From Octopus sinensis (lineage: Eukaryota), in assembly GCF_006345805.1 (NCBI RefSeq), contig NC_043004.1, forward strand, positions 2,294,001 to 2,358,000: a DNA stretch of 64,000 nt, given 5' to 3'. Below are positions 53,117 to 64,000 of this stretch, in pieces. Made by a program: the position numbers and the translations under genes. Below the pieces are notes generated by a model. It did not search any database and was not told the DNA's origin. It was given only the letters and a program-made list of their open reading frames with translations. Numbering within the stretch: position 1 is the first letter of the stretch; the number at the start of each line of letters is the position of its first letter.

Positions 53117-53698
53117 AATTGCAGAAAATTGAGAAATTTTAGTTTTTGTCTGAGTATTAGAATTATTATATGTTCCTCATGGTTTGTTTTTCTTTCTCGA
53201 TTTGTTTACAATAATTAAGGTTGGTTTTTATAATTTTATGAGAAATTGTACACGAATACTTATGTAAAATACTTATGTAAAGATCCATGTAATTCCATAG
53301 ATATCTACACACATTCAATTGGCCATGAATGTTGGTTGAATTCATATCTCTAGTTTAACTAATTTACGTATATATGTATTCATTCTCATACTACCATCAA
53401 AAAGTAAAGTTCATAAAAGGACTACTCATGCGTACAAGGCTTTCATATATGCGGGGGGGGGGATGCGTACACACACGTATGTCTATATACATACATATTT
53501 TGTGTGTAAATATATTTGTACGTATTCATGTGTATAAATATTTACACAAACATATGCATGTGAGTATGTATATATTTATACATACACACATTCGTATATA
53601 TACGCATGCGCGAGTCACCCGCATGCAAACACACACACACATACACACACAGACGCACAGAGATAGATATATAGATAGATAGATAGATAGATAGATAA

Positions 53699-54303
53699 GT
53701 TTCTTTATTGGCCACACAGGGCTGCACACAGATGGGACAAGTTACAAGGTAGAGCTTTTCTTTTGGGGGAGAAAAAAAAGTAGGTGGCGTAGGTTTTCGA
53801 TCAAAAGGGATCGTAAAAGGGAAAAAAGAACAAAAAAAAAAAAAAAAAGGAAAAAAAAGAAAAAGAAAAAAAAGAAAAAGGGAAAAGGAACAAAAGAAAA
53901 AAAAATGAAAAAAGAAGAAAAAGAGGAAAAAAGGGGAAGAGGAAAAAACGATCAATAGGGATCGTGTATCACAGTGTCATGAGGTATGGTGTAAAGGGGA
54001 AAGCAAGTAAGGTTTATCCGTGGGAAGAAAAGCCTACGAAAAAGACCACGGTAACCTTGGTCAATATTCTTATATGTTACCACATTTGTTTGCAAGTGGG
54101 TACCCTCTGTTTTCAATTTCTGGGTTCATAGGATTATGCTCAAGGTGGCTTCGTCGTTCATACGTGCCATCCTTGCTACATTCATCCATCTTTTTTTAAA
54201 ACGTTCGCAAGACAAAACTTGCCTCTCTACTCTCACTTTCCTTTTCAAGTGGTACTTGAAGAAGTTGATGAGAGGTTGACCAGAGAGGAAAGTGTTTGTC
54301 TCA
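53699..54303 (-). mobile_element. Tx1/L1-like LINE 3' end (ORF2 C-terminus + 3' UTR) inserted in (GATA)n
   Basis: Open minus frame 54302-54126 ETNTFLSGQPLINFFKYHLKRKVRVERQVLSCERFKKRWMNVARMARMNDEATLSIIL*; U-rich UTR, aataaa, then (TATC)n. Confidence 0.7.
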
Positions 54304-54351
54304 TAGATAAATAGATAGATACATACTTAGCTAGCTAGCTAGCTAGCTAGC

Positions 54352-54433
<82 letters not shown>

Positions 54434-54465
54434 CGACAGACAGACAGATAGATGGATAGATAGAT

Positions 54466-54523
<58 letters not shown>

Positions 54524-54556
54524 TATAGATAGATAGATAGATAGATAGATATTTAA

Positions 54557-54615
<59 letters not shown>

Positions 54616-54616
54616 T

Positions 54617-54704
54617 GTTTCTTTATTAGCCACACAGGGCTGCACACAGATAGAACAAATTACAAGGTAGAGCTTTTCTTTTGAAGGTTTAAAAAAAAAA
54701 GATA

Positions 54705-54735
<31 letters not shown>

Positions 54736-54896
54736 GCAGACATACAAATAAATAGATAGATACATACATACATACATACATACATACATACATACATACA
54801 TACATAAATACATACATACATATATACATAGATAGACAGACAGATGATAGTTAGATAGATAGATAGATAGATATTTATATAGATAGATAGATAGAT

Positions 54897-54951
<55 letters not shown>

Positions 54952-54970
54952 TGTTTATTAGCCACACAGG
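54617..54970 (-). mobile_element. Two further truncated 3' ends of the same element (54617-54700, 54953-54970) within (GATA)n
   Basis: tttatt(a/g)gccacacagg repeated at each GATA junction. Confidence 0.85.
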
Positions 54971-55340
54971 ACTGAGACAGACTGACATAAACAGACATTC
55001 AAATACAAATGCACAATAGAAGTACGCAGACACACACATACACACAAGTACGTGTGTGTCAGCATGCATGCGTTTGAGGTTCTGCGCGTATCCGTACAAT
55101 TATATTAGCGTATATTTTAACCTAAAATAACTCAAATGACAACCAATTAGAAACAATACATTTTCAATGAAGGATTAGTTTCGGGGGTGTTTTTGTGAAT
55201 GAAATATCGTCACGCCTCAATGGTGACAGCCATATTATCAGTTGTGCACGTGGTCGATGATTCCACGATATTCTTTGGTGTGAATGCATTGGAGAGGATA
55301 GCAACAGTGTGGAGCATTTCCGATTGAAACAGCTGAGCGG

Positions 55341-55440
55341 NNNNNNNNNNNNNNNNNNNNNNNNNNNNNNNNNNNNNNNNNNNNNNNNNNNNNNNNNNNN
55401 NNNNNNNNNNNNNNNNNNNNNNNNNNNNNNNNNNNNNNNN
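55341..55440. other. Assembly gap (run of N)
   Basis: Ns in the sequence. Confidence 1.
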
Positions 55441-55480
55441 TTTTCTCTTTTCCTTCTTTTGCTTTTCCTTATTTCTCCTC

Positions 55481-55555
<75 letters not shown>

Positions 55556-55652
55556 TACTAATCACCTTTATCTCTCTCTGTTATCCACTTTCATTTCTCT
55601 TCAGCTCATCTCCATTTTTATTAATCAAATTTCTCTTTCACTTCTATCTCTT

Positions 55653-55683
<31 letters not shown>

Positions 55684-56472
55684 ATCTATCTCTTTCTCTC
55701 TCTATCTCTTTCTTAGCTCCTCTTATATGTCTTCTCAAATATCACCCCTCTCTCTCATTACTTCTGCCTTTTTCAATATCTTTCATTTTCTTGCTGTTCC
55801 TCTTTTACATTCTTTCTTAATGACTTTCCTTCACTTTATCTCTTTAAGTTTCCTAAATTAAAATACTTCCTTCTTTCTCTTTACAAATTTGCATGATTTT
55901 TTTTCTACGTTTCCTCCTTATCTTTCTTTCATACGCCATATTTTTCTACTTTCTTCCTCATATACAATGATATCTCTGGTTCCAAAAAAATGCCTTCGCC
56001 ACTGTAAAGTCAATTTTCGTTATCCTTAGAAGAATATTCGGAAGAACCTTGAAATCAGCTTTAGTCAGGAGAGAAGGGCAGTACCCAGTCCGTTACAATA
56101 CTTCTGAAACGGATGAGAGAGAAAGAGAGAGAGAGGAGGTATTCTAAAATCCGAGATGAGACCTGAATATTTGCAAGACACTTGACTTCACTAAAATAAT
56201 CCCCAAAAAATCATGTTGGAGTGTTCAACTGGGTGACAGATTTTTCTCATCCACTTAATAAATACTTCAATTAGTATGCAAGGGATAATTACTCGCATAA
56301 TTTTTTTTTTTATTGTGTTAGAGTTTGAAAAATATTATTTTATTTATTTATTTTTATTCTTTTATTTGTTTCAGTCAATCGGGTGGAGGATGCCCGAGAT
56401 CCTAGAAGAAACACAGACAGACAGATAGAACGGATTTTACACACACACACACACATATATATATATTTTTTT

Positions 56473-57475
56473 CTTGTCCTGTTCCTTGGTTTGTGTCTTG
56501 TTTTTCGTCTCTCTATGTGTTCGACGTCTTTTTGGTGTCCTGTACACATATATGCGTGTATATGTACATGTAGAGGTAGGTACGTACATATATGTTTATA
56601 TATATGCATATGTTCTTTTATTAACATATTATACGACTAAACGCACGCACCCTCTTAAGTAAGATTGTTCTGTTTATCAAGTTAGCCTTGATATTAACTC
56701 TCACGAGACTCTGCATCTTTCTTTCTTTCTATTCCATTCCCTTTTTCGTCTTTTTTCCCTCACCTTAACTTGTCTCTTCCTCTCTCTCTCATTCTTCATT
56801 CTCTCTCTCCCCCTCACCATTCTTCATGGTCTCCTCGCACCATTCCCCTTCTTCTCTCCCTTCCTCTTGCTCCTCCTCCCCCATTCCCGTCGTCCATCTG
56901 CGACGATACTTCCGTCGTAACTGCTATCCTGTCTTTTCTCGCCCGCCTTCTAAGGCCACTGGTCGACATTCCTGCTCTCTCGTCGTCCACTATAATCCAG
57001 CGTTTGCAATACTTTTTTCGTCTGGCGTAAACAGCCCTTCTTATCTTGTTCTCCTTGTCCTGTCTCTTACTGTTATATTTTATTTTTCCTGTTATATATA
57101 TTTTTTTACTGTTTATATGTTTGTACTGTCGTTACCGTCTTGCGTTTTTACCATTTTTTACCCCTCTGCGAAAAGATCTCAGAATTTAATTGATTTGCTT
57201 TTCGCAGGAAGGAAGTTTCTTCGAAGATACGTCTCGCTTTTATCCTTCGAAACGTAGAGTAGATGAAATCTAGCGACTGAAGAAGGGGTTTTTTCGTTGT
57301 GCTCATTGTCCTGTACTCCCTTTTTTTCTTCTCTGTTCCTTGGTTGTGTCTTGTTTTTCGTCTCTCTACGTGTTCGACGTCTTTTTGGTGTCCTGTACAC
57401 ATATATGCGTGTATATGTACATGTAGAGGTAGGTACGTATATATATGTTTATATATATGCATATGTTCTTTTATT

Positions 57476-57481
<6 letters not shown>
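56473..57481 (+). mobile_element. Penelope-like element with ~150-bp terminal direct repeats and degenerate hammerhead (57164-57259)
   Basis: ctgttccttgg..gtgttcgacgtctttttggtgtcctgtacac..ttttattaacatat at ~56477-56629 and ~57333-57481; CUCUG(A)CGA..CCUUC-GAAA-CG-UA-GAG; flanked by (TA)n. Confidence 0.65.
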
Positions 57482-57526
<45 letters not shown>

Positions 57527-57569
57527 ATATATATATATATATATATTATATATTATATATGGATGTAGG

Positions 57570-57787
57570 TATGTATGCATGTGTGTATATGTTTGTCCCT
57601 ACAACATCAGTTGACAACCGATGCTGGTGTGTTTACGTCCTCCTAATCTAGCGGCTCAGAGAAAGAGACCGATAGAATAAGTACTAGGTTTAGAAAGAAT
57701 AAATCCTGGGGTCAATTTGCTCGACTACAGGCGGTGCTCCAGCATGGCTGCAGTCAAATGACTAAAACAAATACAAGAATACAAGAA
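57570..57787 (+). mobile_element. SINE family B 3' half
   Basis: ttgacaaccgatgctggtgtgtttacgtcc..ggcggtgctccagcatggc. Confidence 0.88.
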
Positions 57788-58551
57788 GTATTAAGTTTTG
57801 TGAACGTAACTTAAATTTAACTTTGCTTTTGGCTATCAGCATCACAATGGGTCGGTTGCGTTTGTCTTTCTGTGAAGAGAAGTCTTTTGCTTGCGTTTAG
57901 CTGTCGTTCTTTTTATTTTTACTATGTTTTTTAACTATTTCACTGGTTAATCGCGATACCAGCACCTGTCCTAGCACAGTTACTCTATATATCGTTGGTG
58001 GGGAGTTGAGTCGCTGCTATCTCCAGCGGACGGGCCTCCATCATTGACGAAATCAAGGAATGTCGAAATCACGTGATCCGAAATTCTCAGCGTTGATGGA
58101 GATGGTAGTGGTTTTTTTTTATATCCCTCCTAGCGATATAAACATGAATGTATTTTGCTCTCAAAGCCAATATGGGAGTTTCTATCATGGCATCTACCGT
58201 AGTATAGTTTGTTCTAACACAACACCCACGTTTAAGAGGAATAACTACTACCTATTTTTTTCACCCTTCTTTCAATTTCAAGGAGCATTCCGTCTATTTT
58301 GTGCCCTGGACTTAAATTTCTGCTTTCCACTTTCAACATTGTCGGCCACAGCAAAGTTATTATCAGGTGACCTGATCCATTTTCGCATGTTTAGTTGTCA
58401 ATTTCAGGCGTATGTATAACTTGCAATAAGCTTTAATGCTTCCATTGCAATCAGTTTTACAGTTGGATGAATTTATTGTAAACCTGAGTGAGAATGGTTA
58501 TCTCAATTATTTTCAAGAATTGTAACTAAAACACTTTTTATAACAATTTTC

Positions 58552-58593
<42 letters not shown>

Positions 58594-58873
58594 ACACACA
58601 CACACATACATACACACACACACATTCTTCCTGTTAGCCTTCAATATTAATCATTTTCCACCTTTCACATTCTTTATTCTCTCACTTAACTGCGCTTTCT
58701 TTCTTTTTCGATCTCTTTCTATCTCTTTCTGCCTCTCTGTCTCTCTTTCTCTCTCTTTCTTTCTCTCTCTCTCTCTCTCTTTATCTCTCGCTCTTTCTCT
58801 CGCTCTCTCTATCTCTCTCTCTCTCCCTCTTTCTCTCTCGCTCTCTCTCTCTCTCTCTCATCTACAATCTATA

Positions 58874-59386
58874 TCTCTATATATAAAACTGTAGTTGTGT
58901 GAGTGTCTGTCCCCTTCGATTTAGATTCCTAACTACTCCCACATTTTGCGGTGCAGTTTAACCAAATTCGGGTATCTTATAGTCGTGATTCATATCGAGC
59001 CCGTCTAAGTATTAGCGCGTGTCTACGATGAGTCTACGATTTTAAAAATAATTTAACATAATTTTTTATTCCATTTTAATGCATAATTTTTCGTGTGTCG
59101 ATGGCGGCGGAGTTGGCGTCCATGGTCACACCTGCACCTGTTTGCTTCTCCCCCTTCTTCCCTCCCTCGTGAAGCTGTGGGGAAGGGAGTGTAATGAAAT
59201 CAACGTCGTAAAGCGTTGTCAAGGAGACCAGCGTTCTTTTAGAACAACGACTTTATGGCTTGAAGACACCAAAACAGAAATGGCTAAGAAAGCCCGAATT
59301 GGCATCTATAAGGGAAGTAACTCTCTAAAAATGCTTATATAGTTATTTCCCTTACAAACCCGAGCAACGCCGGGTGATACTGCTAG
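58874..59386 (+). mobile_element. Non-autonomous Helitron with ~220-bp extra internal segment
   Basis: A|TC...cccgagcaacgccggg...CTAG|T. Confidence 0.88.
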
Positions 59387-59737
59387 TATTATATAAAACT
59401 TTAATTTTCCTCTTCCAGTTTTTCGCTAATTCTTTGTTTATTAAACATCCCCTTTTTTCTCTAAATCCTTCACAATCCTCATTTCCATTTTTCCCTTCCC
59501 TCAATGTTTCCTTTCGATTCCCCAAAATTCTCTTTCATTGAATTGTATTTTCTTCTCAGATATTCCCTTTTGTTTTTTCGTTTATTCACTCTGTTACAAA
59601 CTTCGTTCCCTCAAAATCATTTACAATACATCGTAGAATTATAAAGAAATCAGAAAGACGCACAAGCACCCTCCGAGTGCCATATTTAATCAAGTCAAAG
59701 TCACAAGAATACTGGCGTGATTACACAATATTAGATA

Positions 59738-60237
59738 CTAGCAGTATCGCCCGGCGTTGCTCGGGTTTGTAAGGGAAATAACTATATAAGCATTTTTAGA
59801 GAGTTATAGCCAAAAAATAGCAAAGAAATGCATTAACAATGGAAAAAAAATGATGGTAAATTTTTTTTAAATCGTTGACTCATCGTAGACATTTTTAGAG
59901 AGTTACTTCCCTTTTTTTAATAGCGAAAAAATGCATTAAAAATGGAAAAAAATGATGGTAAATTTTTTTTTAAATCGTTGACTCATCGTAGACATTTTTA
60001 GAGAGTTACTTCCCTTTTTTAATAGCGAAAAAATGCATTAAAATAGAAAAAAATGATGGTAAATTTTTTTTTTTAAATCGTAGACTCATCGTAGACGCGC
60101 GCTAATACCCAGAAGGGCTCGATATGAATCACGACTATAAGACCCGGTTTTGGTTAAACTGCACCACAAAATGTGGGAGTAGTTAGGAATCTAAATCGTA
60201 GGAGACAGACACACAACTTGACTTTTATATATAAAGA
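59738..60237 (-). mobile_element. Non-autonomous Helitron with internal ~100-bp tandem repeats
   Basis: Same termini on the minus strand; catttttagagagtta recurs at ~59791, 59890, 59993. Confidence 0.88.
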
Positions 60238-60247
60238 TTACACGAGT

Positions 60248-60720
60248 TATTACCGCTGCCCTAGCGAGGGTGGGGATATTGTTTTCAGTCGTTCATTTGC
60301 TCGTTTGTTTGACCGTGGATAAGATATCTCATGAACCGCCGGATGAATTCGGATGAAACTTTCAAGGATGTTTGGCCTCGTGACTGCCACGAACGGATTA
60401 GATTTTGGGCTCGATCCAGTCCCAGACAAGGATTCTAGATTATTTGTTATGTTTATTTTACTTTACATGATTACGATCTTACGTTAACTCTCAAGTCTTT
60501 CTCAATCCTTTCTCTATAGACAGTAACTTTTGTTAACTTTGGCTTGTATTGAATAAGGATAAAATATTTGTTGTTGTTACTAAATTTTCTACGGCCACCT
60601 TCACATTCCATGACTGCCATTGGGGTCGATCTGGTATCGCACTAAGATTCTGAATTATTTTTCCATTTTTTAAACTTAATTTTTGAGGGCGGTCGGATTC
60701 ATTTTTATTTTAGTCTTAAG
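60248..60720 (+). mobile_element. Possible Helentron-derived (HINE/DINE-1-like) element
   Basis: tattaccgctgccctagcgagggtgg hairpin start, gtttgtttg tract, gatatctc..ggatgaattcggatgaaacttt..attagattttggg; resemblance from memory only. Confidence 0.45.
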
Positions 60721-60886
60721 TTCTGTGTCTGTTCACACTTATCTATTAAAAACACACAATATTACACACAATATTGTCCCAGCTTACGATAATCACAGAT
60801 CACTTCGTCATTGAAGTTAAAATGATCATCACGAACATGTATCTTAACGGAGTCGCAGTTTGTTGTTGCCGAAAGACCAACAGCAA

Positions 60887-61267
60887 GTGAGGCGCAATGG
60901 CCCAATGGTTAGGGCAGCGGACACGCGGTCGGAGGATCCCGGTTTCGATTCCCAGACCGGGCGTTGTGTGTGTTTATTGAGCGAAAACACCTAAAGCTTC
61001 ACAAGGCTCTGGCAGGGGGGTGTGACCCCTGTTTTACTCCTTCGCTCCAAGTTTCTCTCACTCTTTCTTCCCGTTTCTTGTCCCCGACTTCTTACCCAAC
61101 CGCTGAGCCTGGATGCACATTCATCCATCCGTCGATGCTCTCGGCGTCGGGGGTTGACCTGCTTTCTCTTCTGCGGGTCTTACGAATAGCAAAATGCCCT
61201 CGTTTCGGACTTCTCCCACTCTGGGACGAAGGACCGCTTCGCTCAACAAACAAACAAATAAACAAAC
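60887..61267 (+). mobile_element. Intact tRNA-derived SINE with 13-bp TSD and (CAAA)n tail
   Basis: TSD agaccaacagcaa at 60874-60886 and 61268-61280; A box tggcccaatgg, B box ggtttcgattccc. Confidence 0.92.
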
Positions 61268-61579
61268 AGACCAACAGCAAACATTCCAGTTCATATTGAA
61301 AACGTTCCTGCTTCCATCAAATATTTAATACCGAATTCTTTCACCAGGATGAACTCAAGTAAAACACACAGGGGCCAATTACTGGTATTAGACCAGTAGT
61401 TTTCAATTGGAATCCATATGACTTTTGGCTGTCTATATCAGATTTGAGCAGTAAATTGATTATTCTTCTATAACACACAAGCATCAAATGGCTGTGAAGG
61501 ACCATCCGAGTAAAATAAGAATTAAAGGGGTCCATGAATTTTTTTAAAAATATTATTGAGAATCTTTGTATCAGACCAG

Positions 61580-61869
61580 GAAGACGAATTAAGAGCAGCG
61601 GATTCGCGATCGAGGGATAGCGGGTTTGAATCTCAGACCTGGCAATGTGTGTGCTTATGAGCGAAACACCTAAGTTCCACCCGGCTCCAGCAGAAGGTAA
61701 TGGCGAACGTCTGCCGACTCTGTCGCCACATCTTTCTCTCGCTCTTTCCTCCTGCATCTTGCAGCTCACCTGCGACAGACCGGCATCCCGTCCAGGTGGG
61801 GAACCTATACGCAAAAGCAAACCGGGAAACCGGCCCTTATGAGCCAGGCATGGCTCGAGAAGGAACAAC
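61580..61869 (+). mobile_element. tRNA-derived SINE (head/body like 60887, V-domain-like 3' part)
   Basis: gagcgaaacacctaag..ctgcgacagaccggcatcccgtccagg..gagccaggcatggctcgagaagga. Confidence 0.8.
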
Positions 61870-62059
61870 CACAGAAGAGCAATTAGAGCGCCGAAAATAG
61901 GAATACAATGCGTGTGCGAATGTACAGAGTGCAGTGTTGTGCACAACTTATGCTTCAGGGCGACATGAAGAGCACCCAGTTTTTTAACTACGTGCCTTAA
62001 ATCAGGTGGGGCACATTTGAGTGTTTCTATACAAAAGTTGCACACACCCACACTCACCT

Positions 62060-62107
<48 letters not shown>

Positions 62108-62368
62108 GTGCTTCCCTATAGCACAGGGACATTGTCTACCACACACTTACTTTCTCCCACACTCGCCTTTCTACTATTTACACATTATTAGCTGCCATTC
62201 ACAATTATTTCATAAAAATCTATAGCACACCTGTGCGAAGGCTGAACCAACAAGTGAAGAAGAAATATAAAACAATACGCGGTTTCTCTTAGATCGCTAT
62301 TCAGAATACAATTATATAAATTGCACACAAACACAAACACATCCAATAGCGTGTATACGTGTGTGTGG

Positions 62369-62409
<41 letters not shown>

Positions 62410-62518
62410 TGTGTGTATATATATATATATGTTTGTATACGTATATATATGTATGTATGTATGAATGTATATATATGTGTGTGTGTGTGTATGTGTGTGT
62501 GTGTGTATATATATATAT

Positions 62519-62617
<99 letters not shown>

Positions 62618-62619
62618 TC

Positions 62620-62718
62620 CTTTTACGCTTTTACTTGTTTCAGACATTTGATTGTGGCCATGCTGGAGCACAGCCTTTAGCCGAGCAAATCGCCCCCAGG
62701 ACTTATTCTTTGTAAACC
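62620..62718 (-). mobile_element. SINE family B 3' tail
   Basis: ttttacttgtttcagacatttgattgtggccatgctggagcac..ccaggacttattctttgtaa. Confidence 0.85.
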
Positions 62719-63085
62719 CAGCAGTTGCTTCGAGTTCCACTATTTGTTTCACATTCCCTTGGGACCATAGTTGGGAGCAGTAGACCAAGCAGAAGAGAAC
62801 GAAAGTCCTCCATAGGAGTAGCAGAGCTTCCCTTTTCCTGGTTCTGAAAGTCCTCAGAATCCAGCCAGCCACTCGCCTGCACAGTGTGGCCAACTTAGAA
62901 AAGTACACATGGAATGTTGCATCATTGCTCATGTGAAGCCCCAGGTCACGCACCGACTCTGACTCAGGGATCGTATTGCCTTCTGGTCCAGTGTATTCTG
63001 ATTTTAGCCTGTTGTTGGACCGATGGTAGAGTGTCTGACATGTCATAGCATTGAACTGCATGTTATTTTTGTTACACCATAGTAA
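62719..63085 (-). mobile_element. CR1/L2-like LINE ORF2 fragment (post-RT region)
   Basis: WCNKNNMQFN..VRDLGLHMSNDATF..GWILRTFRTR..YCSQLWS..IVELEA. Confidence 0.85.
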
Positions 63086-63203
63086 AATAAAATTGAAGGA
63101 TGTACCAGCCTCCATATTCTTTATTGTTATAATTATTGCTTATATGTACATACATACATCGCACATGTGTACATGCATGCAAGCCTACGTACGCGCATGT
63201 ATG

Positions 63204-63239
<36 letters not shown>

Positions 63240-63309
63240 ATATATATATAAATAAAACATATGCATATATACATATATACATACATATGCATATATACAT
63301 AACACAATG

Positions 63310-63477
63310 AGCTCATTGTGTTCGACATTTTTTTGGTGTCCTGTACCCATATATGTATGTATATATACAAGTAGAGGTAGGTACGTACATATATATATAT
63401 GTATATGTGCATATGTTTTATTTATTTATTTATATATGACTGAACGCACGCATCCATCTCTAAGTAAGATTGTTCTT
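63310..63477 (+). mobile_element. Solo terminal segment of the 56473 element
   Basis: gtgttcgacattttttggtgtcctgtac..gtagaggtaggtacgtac..aacgcacgca..taagtaagattgttct. Confidence 0.8.
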
Positions 63478-63595
63478 GATATATATATACATATATATAT
63501 ATATATTTATATATTTATATATATATATGAATTTTTTGCTTAATGAGATAAAAAAAACAGGGCTGTATAGATATTAGAGCATTTATAGATAGAAG

Positions 63596-63650
63596 GTCTT
63601 ACAGCTGTTTCTAGAATATTAATTAAAAATTATATCCCTTCATCGGAGAC
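63596..63650 (-). ncRNA. Type I hammerhead motif (CCGAUGA variant)
   Basis: Minus strand: GUCU-CCGAUGA-A-GGGAUAU..AUAUUCU-A-GAAA-CAGCUG-UA-AGAC. Confidence 0.75.
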
Positions 63651-64000
63651 AGTGTGAGAGGAAAAACTACGTCATAGTTAGTTTCGATGTGATATATATA
63701 TATATACATATAGTAATGGCTTAAATGATAATATTAATAAACAGACTAATTCATATTCTCACGCACAAGTGTTATGGTATATATGGCATATCGATATTGT
63801 GTTCCCTACACATCAAACCGTGCAGTGAATACACACAAAATCACATACAATCTACACACAGGCGACCAATAACTATTTCATGATTTTTGTCTTCACTCTA
63901 AAACACTTAAATTTTTCCCTCATATGTGAATGAAGATAATAAATATGATGAAAATATATATGAAAACTGATAGTAATAAAATTCCCTCTTAATGAATTTA

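Noticed and set aside
61341-62132. 263-aa minus-strand ORF
   Set aside because: Crosses a (GA)n tract and a SINE in antisense; no recognisable domain
62312-63115. 267-aa ORF as a host gene
   Set aside because: Composite of LINE fragment, SINE tail and microsatellites

Overview
AT-rich, microsatellite-dense eukaryotic intergenic or intronic DNA. The SINE families resemble those I associate with Octopus (coleoid cephalopod); this is recognised from memory, not verified. No complete host gene, rRNA, true tRNA or CRISPR array is visible, and nearly all ORF-track entries are translations of (TA)n/(CA)n/(GATA)n/(TAA)n repeats. The window is a mosaic of tRNA-derived SINEs (at least 4 families), LINE fragments (CR1/L2-like, RTE, R4/Dong, Tx1/L1-like), non-autonomous Helitrons, a mariner derivative, an Academ-like transposase relic and a Mutator-like MITE with a 9-bp TSD. 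The most notable signal is about 10 type I hammerhead ribozyme motifs with palindromic stem III, in several unrelated short Penelope-like or retrozyme-like elements, mostly beside (TA)n tracts; some of these have terminal direct repeats or fold-back arms. Several retroelements appear targeted to particular microsatellites (GATA, TAA, TACA, TA). A few isolated splice-site-bounded segments may be exons of an unidentified host gene. Coordinates were read by eye, so edges of degenerate elements are approximate.
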